This document shows positions 1-12,136 of a stretch of 64,000 nucleotides of DNA, in pieces. The DNA lies in the NCBI GenBank assembly GCA_030390025.1, contig CM059440.1, positions 52,390,001 through 52,454,000 of the forward strand. The letters run 5' to 3'. Position numbers and translations under genes: made by a program. The stretch's first letter is position 1. Every line of letters begins with the position of its first letter. The DNA comes from Squalus acanthias. Taxonomy: Eukaryota. The notes beneath the pieces were generated by a model that was not told the origin of the DNA, did no database searches, and worked only from the letters and a program-made list of their open reading frames with translations.

Positions 1-164
1 AGTTAAAAAAAAATTAATTTTTAATTTTTTAAAAATCTCCAACAATAATTAAAATCTGATGGAATGAGACTCCACACTTGTAAATTTAAATTTTATGGGG
101 CAGAGAGGTTGCTTGGTAGTAATTACGACTTATTATGCTGTTAAAAATTCACTTACACCTCAAT

Positions 165-360
165 GCACGGCCACGTTCGTGCCCGGGTGGCCCTGGAGAT
201 GGAGCACGTGGTGTCCGCCGGCACGCTCGAGGCCTTCTGCAACCGGTGGGCACCACAGGGACTGGAGTGCATCATCACCCCGGCCAAACAAATTTTAATT
301 TAATTTGTTAAGTTTCATTTAATGTATTTTGTTAATTTATTTGTTTATTGTTTGTACCCA
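165..360 (+). mobile_element. Tx1/L1-clade LINE 3' fragment (ORF2 C-terminus and T-rich tail)
   Basis: Encodes RARVALEMEHVVSAGTLEAF..RWAPQGLECII, the same C-terminus seen at 14537-14923, 19447-19803 and 22223-22800. Confidence 0.75.
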
Positions 361-711
361 AAAGAGTGCACCTGAATGCACCAGCCCTAACACTTTCTGG
401 TGTATTTAGTGGGTAAGTAATGCAACTTCATGCCCTTCACGTCTTTGAATGCCGAATCTCTCAGTGAGGTGCCAGTGTAGCGAAGCTTGTGGAGGAGCAG
501 GGCAAATTAGACAGCAACTTCAGGATTTCTGTGTTTAATTGCACATGTGCGGAGGCTGGATTTTGCTGTCTGATTTACTCTATAACGGAGAACACTGACA
601 ACCTCACCTTTATTCTTACCACAAAAGTTGGGCCAGTTACAATATTGTGACCATTCCTTTGTACCGCAATTAGCTTCAAAAATTAAAGTTCAATTCACCT
701 CCTACGACTAC

Positions 712-1938
712 GGAATTGAATAAAATCAGTATTTGTAGAGAAATGGTGTTAGGGAAATTGACGGGATTGAAGGCCGATAAATCCCCAGGGCCTGATAATC
801 TACATCCTAGGGTACTTAAGGAAGTGGCCCTAGAAATAGTAGATGCATTGCTGGTCATCTTCCAAAATTCTATAGACTCTGGAACAGTTCCCATGGATTG
901 GAGGGGAGCTAATGTAACCCCACTATTTAAAAAAGGTGGTAGAGAGAAAACGGGGAATTATAGACCAGTAAGCCTGACATCGGTAGTGGGGAAAATGCTA
1001 GAGTCCATTCTAAAAGATGTAATAGCAGAGCACTTGGAAAACAGTGACAGGATCGGACAAAGTCAACATGGATTTACAAAAGGTAAATCATGCTTGACTA
1101 ATCTACTGGAATTTTTTGAGGATGTAACTGGTAGAATAGATAAGGGAGAACCAGTGGATGTGGTGTATTTGGACCTTCAGAAGGCTTTTGATAAGGTCCC
1201 GCATAAGAGATTAGCGTGCAAAGTTAAAGCACATGGGATTGGGGGTAAGGTACTGATTTGGATAGAAAACTGGTTGGCAGACAGGAAGCAAAGTGTTGGA
1301 ATAAATGAGTCTTTTTCCGAGTGGCAGGCAGTGACTAGTGGGGTACCGCAGGGATCGGTGCTAGGACCACAGTTATTCACAATATATATTAATGATCTAG
1401 ACGAGGGAACTAGATGTAATATCTCTAAGTTTGCAGATGACACAAAGCTGGGTGGGCGTGTGTGCTGTGAGGAGGATGCAGAGAAACTCCAGTATGATTT
1501 GGACAGGTTGGGTGATTGGGCAGATGCATGGCAGATGCAGTATAATGTGGATAAATGTGAGGTTATCCACTTTGATGGCAAAAACAGGAAGGCAGATTAT
1601 TATCTGAACGGCAATAGATTGGGAAAAGGGGAAGTGCAACGAGACCTGGGTGTCCTTGTGCACCAGTCGCTGAAGGTAAGCATGCAGGTGCAGCAGGCTG
1701 TTAAGAAGGCAAGTGGTATGTTGGCCTTCATAGCGAGAGGATTCAAATACAGGAGCAAGGATGTCTTGCTGCAGTTGTACAGGGCCTTGGTGAGACCACA
1801 CCTTGAGTATTGTGTGCAGTTTTGATCACCTTATCTGAGGAAAGATGTTCTTGCCATGGTGGGAGTGCAGCGACGATTCACCAGACTGATACCTGGGTTG
1901 GCAGGAATGACGTATGAAGAGAGATTGGGTCGATTGGG
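712..1938 (+). mobile_element. CR1 LINE ORF2 reverse transcriptase fragment, truncated at both ends
   Basis: ORF 716-1825 has [31 protein letters not shown] and FADD motifs; in-frame stop at 1823-1825. Confidence 0.95.
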
Positions 1939-2547
1939 AATAACAACAGAAAATGCTGGAAAAACTCAGCAGGCCAGGCAGCATCCGTAGAGAGAGAAAC
2001 AGAGTTAACGTTTCAGGTCAAAGACCTTTCGTCAGAACTGGAAAAAAGCAGGAAATGAAATAGATTTAAAGCAAGTATAAAGCTGGGAAAAGGGGGAGGG
2101 GATGAAAGACCAAAAGGGAAGGTCAGTGGTGGGATAGAAAGCAGGAGAGATTAAGAGACATTGAGAGACATTAAGAGATAATCAAATCAAGAGGAGGTGT
2201 TAATGTGACAGGTTGAAGCTAGATGAAGTGTGAGATGCGCTGGCAGAATGAAGGACAGCTGCCAGCTTCTGGGAGGGGAAAAAAAGGGCCAAAGAAAAGG
2301 GTGGATGAAAAAAATAAAATAAAAAAATATACATGTGACAGGGGCCGAGGTTATGATCTGAAATTGTTGAAGTCGATGTTGAGTCCAGAGGGCTGTAGGG
2401 TGCCTAAACGAAAGATGAGGTGCTGTTCCTCGAGCTTACGCTGAGCTTCCGTGGAACAATGCAAGAGGCCGAGGACGGTGAGGTCTGGCTGAACTTGTTC
2501 TCACATTGAACAACTTCTCCTTTGACTCCACCCATTTCCTCCAAATA
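1939..2547 (-). mobile_element. Penelope-like element (PLE) 3' end, with a short inverted RT piece at about 2488-2547
   Basis: Minus strand about 2350-2440 encodes RKLEEQHLIFRLGTLQPSGLNIDFNNFRS*, the PLE GIY-YIG C-terminus. The 3' region carries a hammerhead motif. Plus strand 2488-2547 reads AELVLTLNNFSFDSTHFLQI, PLE RT-like. Confidence 0.8.
2003..2039 (-). ncRNA. Minimal type-I hammerhead ribozyme motif (PLE-associated)
   Basis: Minus strand reads AGUU-CUGACGA-A-AGGUC-UUU-GACCU-GAAA-CG-UU-AACU: core CUGANGA/GAAA, stem II AGGUC/GACCU, stem I AGUU/AACU, palindromic ACGU stem III. Confidence 0.7.
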
Positions 2548-3289
2548 TTGAACTTCAATTACTGATTAAAAAATACCATCCTTAAATTCCTTACAGAATA
2601 ATGGATCCACAAAGCCTCATAATGCTCTTTTAGTCTATATTTAAAATACTCTTTCAGATTTATTCTTCTACCCTTATAAAACAGAGCATTCCTTCATGGC
2701 ACGATCGGGTGTTTTCAGAGTAGTGGGGTAGGCATCTGCTGATTGGCTTTCCCTTTACCTAAGGGCTTGCAGTCCTGTCGTCTAGCTTGTGTTTCCTTTT
2801 ATATTCCTTTCCCCCCTTCCCCACCTTGCTCTCTTGATCCTCAGGCTTCCCCACACACACAAACTACAAGCCCTACCCTTCATTGCCTTCCCCTTGCCTC
2901 AACCTTCAAAACTCCATTAGCTCCGCCCTTCCTTACCTCGCTCACCCACTCACTCACTGCTGTAAAAACGCTGCTCCTTCCTGCCTCAAAATACACACAA
3001 TTAGGGAGCAGCTTTTTCTCCTCTCCCAGGCCCGGCTGCTTAAAACAGGCTCAAGCCCACAACCCAATTCAAGACGCCTTTGCCCAATTCAGACCAGAAC
3101 AAGATGTGGGCCTTTCTGCACATTGATAAAAGCCGCCCGCGTGGCCCCAATTTGGCCAGCAGGCCGACCCAGCAGGAGAACGTGCTACAAGGAAATGAGC
3201 CGAGGAAAGAGAGCGAGCGCGTGAGAGAGCGAGAGGGAAAGAGGGAGGGAGCGCGTACAAGCAATCAACTAAAAAGGTTTCCAAATGAA

Positions 3290-3460
3290 GGCAGTGTCAG
3301 TGCAGCATCAAAGCATCAGCCTAAGTTTTTGTGCTCAAGTCTCTGGAGAGGGACTTGGAACCAACAACCTTCTGACCCAGACACAAGAGTGCTACCCACT
3401 GAGCCACGGCCGACCCTGTATGTGAGGGGCACTACAGAAATGCAGGTTGTTGTTGTCCAA
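3290..3460 (-). mobile_element. tRNA-derived SINE head fragment
   Basis: Reverse complement of the gtggctcagtgggtagcact...gttccaagtccc A/B-box head shared with other SINE copies in the window. Confidence 0.6.
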
Positions 3461-4142
3461 GTGCCTATTCTTTTTGTGCAGCGAGTGTCGCTAAACTATT
3501 CGACTGCGGGGTAAGCCCAACGCTACCCTTATCGGGCATCTGCACGCACTGCAGGAGGGATCAGGAATGGGAATCTCGGATGTTTCTCTTTTGCTCCGAT
3601 TGCCCAGGAAGCTGAGGTCAGTTGCATCCATTCCTGTTGATTGTTTCAGCAAGAACCTCGAAACTATCAACCCTGGGGGCTTCTTTAATTTGCACAGCTC
3701 AGCGCTACAAAAAGTGCTTGAAGACTGAGGCACTGGGGAGGTCCTGTGTCCAGCACATGTTAGGTAGTGGAGAGCTGGAAGTGATTACATGGCACTAAAC
3801 TCATAGAGGGGTTCAGATGATGCCATAAACTCCCAGAGTGAAGCTTGAGTGGTGTATAACTCTGAGATGACATTGCAGCCTTCAAATCGTTCCTATGTAC
3901 CAGTATGTTTTGTGATATTCGAACTGCAGACTTCAAGGGGGTGCTTTTATATCTTTGAGCGTCCACTTCTTTGCCAACAGATGAAAACACTGATGTACCC
4001 TCCACGCTGCATTGCTGAGAGTTTCTTCCCTGAAGAATTAACCACTGCAAGTACTGAATGAGAATCAACAATCGGTATACGTATATATTACATTTCAAAG
4101 GCCAGTGGGTTATACAAAATCAAAGAAAACTTACAAACACCA

Positions 4143-5340
4143 AACATAGAAACATAGAAGATATGAGCAGGAGTAGGCCATTCGGCCACTCGAGCCTGTT
4201 CCGCCATTTAATGAGATCATGGCTGATCATCCAAATTCAGTACCATGTCCCTGCTTTCGACCCATATCCCTTGATCCCTTTAGCCTTAAGAAATATATCT
4301 AACTCCTTCTTGAATATATTTAATGAATTGGCCTCAACTGCCTTCTGTGGTAGAGAATTCCACAGGTTCACCACTCTCTGGGTGAAGAAATTCCTCCTCA
4401 TCTCAGTCCTAAATGGCTTACCCCTTATCCTTAGACTGTGAACCCTGGTTCTGGACTCCCCCGCCATCGGGAACATCCTTCCTGCATCTAGTCTGTCTAG
4501 TCCTGTTAGAATTTTATAAGTTTCAATGAGATCCCCTCTCATTCTTCTAAACTCCAGCGAATAGAAGCCCAATCGACCCAATCTCTCTTCATATGTCATT
4601 CCTGCCATCCCAGGTATCAGTCTGGTGAATCTTCGCTGCACTCCCTCCATGGCAAGAACATCCTTCCTCAGATAAGGCGACCAAAACTGCACACAATACT
4701 CAAGGTGTGGTCTCACCAAGGCCCTGTAAAACTGCAGCAAGACATCCTTGCTCCTGTACTCGAATCCTCTTGCTATGAAGGCCAACATACCATTTGCCTT
4801 CTTAACCGCCTGCTGCACCTGCATGCTTACCTTCAGCGACTGGTGCACAAGGACACCCAGGTCTTGTTGCACTTCCCCTTTTCCCAATCTATTGCCGTTC
4901 AGATAATAATCTGCCTTCCTGTTTTTGCCACCAAAGTGGATAACCTTGCATTTATCCACATTATACTGCATCTGCCATGCATCTGCCTAATCACCCAACC
5001 TGTCCAAATCATACTGGAGTTTCTCTGCATCCTCCTCACAGCACACACGCCCACCCAGCTTTGTGTCATCTGCAAACTTGGAGATATTACATCTAGTTCC
5101 CGCGTCTAGATCATTAATATATATTGTGAATAACTGTGGTCCTAGCACCGATCCCTGCGGTACCCCACTAGTCACTGCCTGCCACTCGGAAAAAGACCCG
5201 TTTATTCCAACTCTTTGCTTCCTGTCTGCCAACCAGTTCTCTATCCAAGTCAGTACCTTACCCCCAATCCCATGTGCTTTAACTTTGCACGCTAATCTCT
5301 TATGTGGGACCTTATCAAAAGCCTTCTGAAAGTCCAAAGG
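4143..5340 (-). mobile_element. 5'-truncated CR1 LINE with intact 3' end
   Basis: ORFs 4237-4971 and 4987-5343 are CR1 RT and C-terminus; (TTCTATGT)n-type tail at about 4143-4160. Confidence 0.95.
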
Positions 5341-5632
5341 CACGGTTTAAAATGATCGTGATACAAATGTCTTATGTTGTGCAATCTGCTGCTCCCTGGA
5401 ATGCATTCCATTTCTATCTCATGTTTCACCCCTTTCAAATAATTTTGCTTAGTTTTTTTTGCGATTCTCATACAGACTCTACTTCATCTCATTCTTAAGA
5501 ATAAAGACAGCCTCACAAGTTTAATTGGGTTTACAAGTGGTCTCACTCTTTTTGATCCTCAGCTTACTAAAGGTCATGTGACATGTTTCTTGTAAATGTA
5601 ACACTTACTTCTCAGGACATTTTCCTATCACT

Positions 5633-5950
5633 TTCGGATGAGACGTTAAACCGAGGCCCCGTCTGCTCTCTCAGGTGGACGTAAAAGATCCCATGCACTA
5701 TTTCGAAGAAGAGCAAGGGAGTTATCCCCAGTGTCTTGGCCAATATTTATCCCTCAATCAACATAACAAAAACAGATTATCTGTTCATTATCACATTGCT
5801 GTTTGTGGGAGCTTGCTATGCGCAAATTGGCTGCCGCATTTCCTACATTACAACAGTGACTCCACTTCAAACGTACTTTATTGGCTGTAAAGCGCTTTGG
5901 GACATCCGGTGGTCATGAAAGGCGCTATAGAAATGCAAGTCTGTCTTTTT
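5633..5950 (+). mobile_element. DeuSINE-type (SacSINE1/AmnSINE-like) SINE body and tail
   Basis: Central domain gatgagacgttaaaccgaggccccgtc...aaaagatcccatg; tail ggcgctatagaaatgcaag. Many further copies in the window. Confidence 0.75.
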
Positions 5951-6239
5951 CTATTTTTTCCATTTCTGTCCTGTCTGTAATGACTTTCTGTAACACTTAA
6001 CCTTGCTTTTTGAAAATCATATTTTTCTCTTTCCCGCCGACAGACTGGCTAATTCTTGCCATGTGTCTCACTCCCAATGTCGTCCTCTGAACTGAGTCAC
6101 TCAGGTCCGTTCGGAAGTTGCTCTCTCCCTCCCAGGAAGTTGTATTTTTTAAATTGTTTTTCTGCCGTCTGACTGGCACCTCCTACCACCTCTCCCCCAA
6201 CCCCAAAATCCACCTGGTCCCTAATGCTGCTTCCTGGCG

Positions 6240-6357
6240 CCATTGGTCAATCATAGGTGGCCATGCCTTCTGTTGCCTAGGTCCTAAGCTCTGGAATTCC
6301 CTCCCGAAACCTCCCTGCCTCTCTACCTCTCTTTCCTCCTTTAAGACGCTTCTTAAA
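6240..6357 (+). mobile_element. L2-type LINE 3' fragment
   Basis: gccttc...ctaagctctggaattccctccc...tcctttaagac motif, shared with 39130-39440 and 43370-43880. Confidence 0.55.
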
Positions 6358-6386
6358 GAGAGTGTCAGCTGTGGCTCAGTTGGTAG

Positions 6387-9300
6387 TGCAGCGGGCACAG
6401 AGTGAACAACTTTGGAGTTTGGTAAGTTTGGGAGTTTTAAGGGTTAATCTCTTTTAAAATCTAGTGTTAATTGCTAGGAGCTCTTAAGTAAGATCAACTG
6501 TTTAAGTTAAATTTTAAACTTAAAATTTTTAAGTTTCTTTCAGGCTTAAGCAGAGAGAAACAAGCAAGCTCTCCTACTGGAGAGCTGCTGTAGTTAGTTA
6601 ATTAGCTAGCTCGATTAAGCTGGTTCCTGAAGCAATAGCAGAGCAGTGCTGACCCACCTGAGTTACAAACAGTATAAATACAGGGGTCTGTGAGTGCAGC
6701 GGGCACAGAGTGAACAACTTGGGAGTTTGGTAAGTGTGGGAGTTCGGTGAAGTGGGGGAAGGAGGTGCTGCTTTGCTTTGCTTTTGCTAACTTCTCCCGC
6801 AGAGCGGCGGTGGACCTGAGCGGGAGCAGATCGAGGCCCAAGAGCGGGGATAAAAGCAGCAGCAGCAGACCTGCAACAACAAGAGAAAACTGCAGTGTGA
6901 TGTCACAGGTAAGGCAGGTAAGTGATTGGTAGTGACTGTGGGCTAAGTTTTAAGTTAACATATAGCATATAATTAAATTTTAAAACCTAAACTTAATTTA
7001 ATTAATTTAATAAACTAAACGAGGTAAATAATTTGATTAACACTAAACTAATTAATTAAATAAATAAAATAATGAGAGAACAGGAGATGTGTTGCTGCTG
7101 CAATATGTGGGAGCTTGTGGACATTTTTGTCCAGGGTGACTACATCTGCGGTAAGTGTCTGCGGCTCGAGGAACTTCGGCTCCAAGTTGAGGACCTTTTG
7201 CTCCAGGAGGCAGCCACACCGCTTATATTAAATACTTTAGAATTGACACGTGGTCAGGGACAGGAAGGTGTGACTGCGAATGAGGCAGGTACAGGGATCC
7301 AGGAGGTAGTATTGCAGGAGCCTCAGTCCCTGTACTTGTCCAATAGATTCGAGGTTCTTGCAACACTTGTGGACAAGTGCAGGTCTGCGGGGAGGACAAG
7401 CAAACTGACCACGGCACCGTGGTACAGGAAGCTGTTCAAGTAGGGGGGAGTAAAAAGGAAGATTGTTGTAGTAGGTGACAGTATAGTTAAGGGATAGACA
7501 CTGTTCTCTGCAGCCAGGAGCATGAGTCCCGAAGGCTATGTTGCCAGGGTAAAGGACATCTACTCCGGGCTGGAGAAGAACTTGGAGGGGGAGGATCCAT
7601 GTAGATACCAACGACATAGGTAGGACTAAGAAAAAGGTTCTGCTGAGAAAGTTTGAGCAGCTAGGGACTAAATTAAAAAGCAGAACCACAAAGGTAATAA
7701 TCTCTGGATTATTACCTGAGCCACGAGCAAATTGGCATAGGGTAAATAGGATCAGGGAGATGAATGCGTGGCTCAAAGATTGGTGTGGGAGAAGTGGGTT
7801 TCCATTCGTGGGGCACTGGCACCAATACTGGGGAAAGAGAGAACTGTTCCATTGAGACGGACTACACCTGAACCATGCTGGGACCAGAGTTCTAGCAAAT
7901 CGAATAACTAGGGAGGTAGATAGGGCTTTAAACTAAATAAGGGGAGGGAGGGTCCCGGTGGAGAGAAGTCTAGAATGCTAAAGAGAAAAGACAAGGAAGC
8001 AGTGCAGGAAAGTGATTGGGGTAAGGATAACCAGATTGTGTTAGGAAGGGACAGAGCGTACAAACAAAGGAGTGCACTAACAAATAGGGTCCGGGTAAGA
8101 AAAAATGGTAATAAGACAAATAGGGCCATAGTACAAAAAAAGTTAAGACGTCTAAAAATGTTAAAGACAAATCTAAAGGCACTGTATCTGAATGCACGAA
8201 GTATTTGTAATAAGGTAGACGAATTAACAGCGCAAATAGATGTAAACAGATACGATATAATTGCAATTACGGAGACATGGCTGCAGGGTGACCAAAGCTG
8301 GGAGCTGAATATCCAAGGATATTCGATATTTAGGAAGGACAGGCAGAAAGGAAAAGGAGGTGGGGTGGCGTTGTTAGTAAAGGATGAAATCAGAGCAATA
8401 GTGAGAAAGGATATTGGCTCAGAAAATCAAGATGTAGAATTAGTCTGGGTGGAGCTAAGAAGCACCAAAGGGCAGAAAATACTGGTGGGAGTTGTCTATA
8501 GGCCTCCAAACAGTAGTGGTAATGTAGGGGATGGCATCAAACAGGAAATTAGAGATGCATGTAACAAGGGTACTACAATAATCATGGGTGACTTTAATCT
8601 ACATATATACTGGCTAAACCAAATTAGCAATAACACTGTGGAGGATGAATTCTTGGACTGTGCACGAAATGGTTTTTTGGACCAGTACATTGAGGAGCCA
8701 ACTGGGGAACAGGCTATCCTAGATTGGGTATTGTGCAATGAGAAGGGGTTAATTAATAATCTTGTTGTGCGGGGTCCTTTAGGGAAGAGTGACCATAACA
8801 TGTTAGAATTCATCATTAAGATGGAAAGTGAAGTAGTCCAATCGAAACTAGTGTCCTAAATCTAAACAAAGGAAACTACGAAGGTATGAGGAGGGAGTTG
8901 GCTATGATAGATTGGGGAGCTTTATTAAAAGGCATGATGGTGGATAGGCAATGGCTAACATTTAAGGAACGAATGCATGAATTGCAACAGTTATACATTC
9001 CTTTCTGGCGCAAAAACACAAAAGGAAAAGCGGCCCAACCATGGCTAACAAAATAAATTAAGGATACTATTAGATTCAAAGAGGAGTCATATAAAGTTGC
9101 CAGAAAAAGTATCAAGCCTGAGGATTGGGAGCAGTTTAGAATTCAGCAAAAAAGGACCAAGAGATTGATTAAAAGGGGAAAAATAGAGTATAAGAGTAAA
9201 CTTGCAAGGAACATAAAAGTGGACTGTAAAAGCTTCTACAAGTATGTAAAAAGAAAAAGATTATTGAAGACAAATGTAGGTCCCTTACAGTCAGAAACAA

Positions 9301-11011
9301 GAGAATTTATAATTGGGAACAAGGAAATGGCAGAGCAATTAAACAAATACTTTGGTTCTGTCTTCACAGAAGAGGACACAAATAAATTCACAGAAATGCT
9401 AGGGAACCAAGGGTCTAGTGAGAAGGAGGAATTAAAGGAAATTAGTATTCGTAAAAAAATAGTGCTGGAGAAATTCCATGGGCCTGATAATCTGCATCCC
9501 AGAGTACTAAAAGAAATAATGGACGCATTGGTTGTCATCATCCAAAATTCTATAGATTATGGAACAGTTCCTGCAGATTGGAGAGTGCCAAATGTAACCC
9601 CACTATTTAAAAAGAGAGAGAGAGAGAAAACAGGGAACTACAGACCGGTTAGCCTAACATCAGTAGTAGGGAAAATGCTAGAGTCTATTATAAAGGATGT
9701 GATAACAGGACACTTAGAAAATATCAACGGGATTAGACAAAGTCAACATGGATTTATGAAAAGGAAATCGTGTTTGACAAACCTACTGGAGTTTCTTGAG
9801 GATGTAACTGGTTGAATAGATAAGGGAGAACCAGTGGATGTAGTGTATTTGGATTTTCAGAAGGCCTTTGTTAAAGTCCCACATAAGAGGTTAGTGTGCA
9901 AAATTAAAGCACATGGGATAGGGGGTAATATACTGGCATGGATTGAAAATTGGTTAACAGACAGGAAACAGAGAGTAGGCGGTGATTAGTGGGGTACCGC
10001 AGGGATCAGTGCTTGGGCCCCAGCTATTCACAATATATATCAATGATTTGGATGAGGGAACCAAATGTAATATTTCCAAGTTTGCTGATGACACGAAACT
10101 AGGTGGGATTGTGAGTTGTTAGGAGGATACAAAGAGGCTTCAAGGCGATTTAGACAAGTTGAGTGAGTGGGCAAATACATGGCAGATTCAGTTTAACGTG
10201 GATAAATGTGAAGTTATCCACTTCAGTAGGAAAAACAGAAAGGCAGAGTATTATTTAAATGAGGATAAATTGGGAAATGTTGATGAACAAAGGGACCTGG
10301 GTGTCCTTGTACACCAGTCACTGAAAGCAAACATGCAGGTACAGCAAGCAGTTAGGAAGGCAAATGGTATGTTTGCCTTCATTGCAAGAGGATTTGAATA
10401 CAGGAGCAAGGATGTCTTACTACAGTTATACAGGGCCTTGGTAAGACCACACTTGGAGTACTTTGTGCAGTTTAGGTCTCCTTACCTAAGAAAGGATATG
10501 CTCGCCATAGAGGGAGTGCAGCGAAGGTGCACCAGACTGATTCCTGGGATGGCAGGACTGTTGTATGAGGAGAGATTGGGTCGACTAGGCCTGTATTCAC
10601 TAGAGTTTAGAAGAATGAGAGGGGATCTCATTGAAACGTATAAAATTCTGACAGGGCTAGACAGACTAGAAGCAGGGAGGATGTTTCCCCTGACTGGGGG
10701 GTCTAGAACGAGGGGTCACAGTCTCAGGATACGGGGTAGGACATTTAGGACTGAGATGAGGAGAAATTTCTTCACTCAGAGGGCGGTGAACCTGTAGAAT
10801 TCTCTACCACAGAAGGCTGTGGAGGCCAAGTCGCTGAATATATTTAAGAAGGAGATAGATAGATTTCTAGACACAAAAGGCATCAAGGGGTATGGGAAGA
10901 GAGCGGGAATATGGTATTGAGATAGAGGATCAGCCATGATCATATTGAATGGCGGAGCAGGCTCGAAGGGCCGAATGGCCTACTCCTGCTCCTATTTTTC
11001 TATGTTTCTAT
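6387..11011 (+). mobile_element. Near full-length decayed CR1 LINE (5'UTR, ORF1, ORF2 APE-RT, 3' tail)
   Basis: ORF1 remnants 7072-7940 (CxxC...CGKC, VVVGDS esterase-like). Endonuclease 7975-8859 (YLNARS, ITETWL, MGDFN, SDH). RT 9165-10797 with frameshifts and stops. TTCTATGT tail; candidate GTAG TSD. Confidence 0.93.
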
Positions 11012-11218
11012 GTAGCACACTTGCCTCTGAGTCAGAAGGTTGTGGATTCAAGTCCCACTCCAGGGACTTGAGCACATAAATCTAGGCTGACAGTCCAGTG
11101 CAGTGCTGAGGGAGTGCTGCACTGTTGGAGGTGCTGTCTTTCGTATGAGATGTTAAACTGAGTCTGCTTTCTCATGTGGATGTAAAAGATCCCATGGCAA
11201 TATTTCGAAGAAGGTTGT

Positions 11219-11935
11219 TGTTGTCCCGAATTCACTGTATCTATTGAGCTAGTAATAAGTAGTCAGCTCAACAACAATTCAACAATTATGGTTCTTAGTT
11301 CAGAGTGTCAAATGTTGGTTGGACTCAGTAAGTTGCATACATTCAGTACTTTATTGGTTAACAAGTTGTTTGAATAACTTACAAGGAAAATGACACAGGG
11401 CTCACTTCCCATGTGTGCTAGCTTAAAACAATATTACCCGTTTGAAAGTTGATCAGCCTTCGTGCTGGTGTCCTACAACAAGTCCTACAACTTGTGGCTC
11501 CTCCCTTCTCGAGTGTGATGCCTAGGTTCTCGCTGCTAAACTAGCTCTTGGTTCCCTTCTTTTATACCTATATTTTTACGACCTATGTGCCGTGTGCAGA
11601 TTCGGCCATTTTGTCTGAGATGTGTCCATCCTTAGCCAATCGGTATCCTTGGTCGTTTAGGGAATTCCAGAGGTCTCTTATTATGTGATTTGCGACTGCT
11701 CAACCGTTAGACTAGATTGTCACCCTTATCTTGAGTTAATTATTGTCGTAGACTCGATCATCCTGCAAGCTTGTCATCTCTTGCAGGCCTGTTAACTATG
11801 TTATTTGAGCAGCCCTAGGCCCCCAGCTTCAAGGTTTTGTTTATTTGAGATCTCACTGTGGCTGCAGTTTTCGCAGTCCTTGACAATTTCCTAAAGGCAA
11901 CCATTTTACACAATTCACCAGTTCATATTTCTACA
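11219..11935 (-). mobile_element. Solo LTR (717 bp)
   Basis: TGT...ACA termini, 5-bp TSD GTTGT (11214-11218 and 11936-11940). Minus strand has TATAAAA (about 11560) upstream of AATAAA (about 11350). Interrupts a SINE. Confidence 0.8.
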
Positions 11936-12136
11936 GTTGTGGAGTTCTCCCTGGTGTCCTGGGCAAATATATATCCCTCGACTGGTATCACTTTAAAAAA
12001 AAACCAGATTATCTGGTCATTTTCACATTGCTGTTTGTAGGAGCTTGCTGTGTGCAGATTGGCTGCCGTGTTTCCCACATTGCAACAGTGACTACACTTC
12101 AAAAAGTACTTCATTGGCTGTAAAGTGCTTTGGGAC

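Noticed and set aside
1-635. Possible right end of another Harbinger-type element (ends aaagttgggcc)
   Set aside because: The left TIR and TSD lie outside the window, so it cannot be confirmed.
2743-3514. Overlapping short ORFs and CCAAT motifs as a possible gene or promoter
   Set aside because: No recognisable domain or splice structure; partly low-complexity and SINE sequence.
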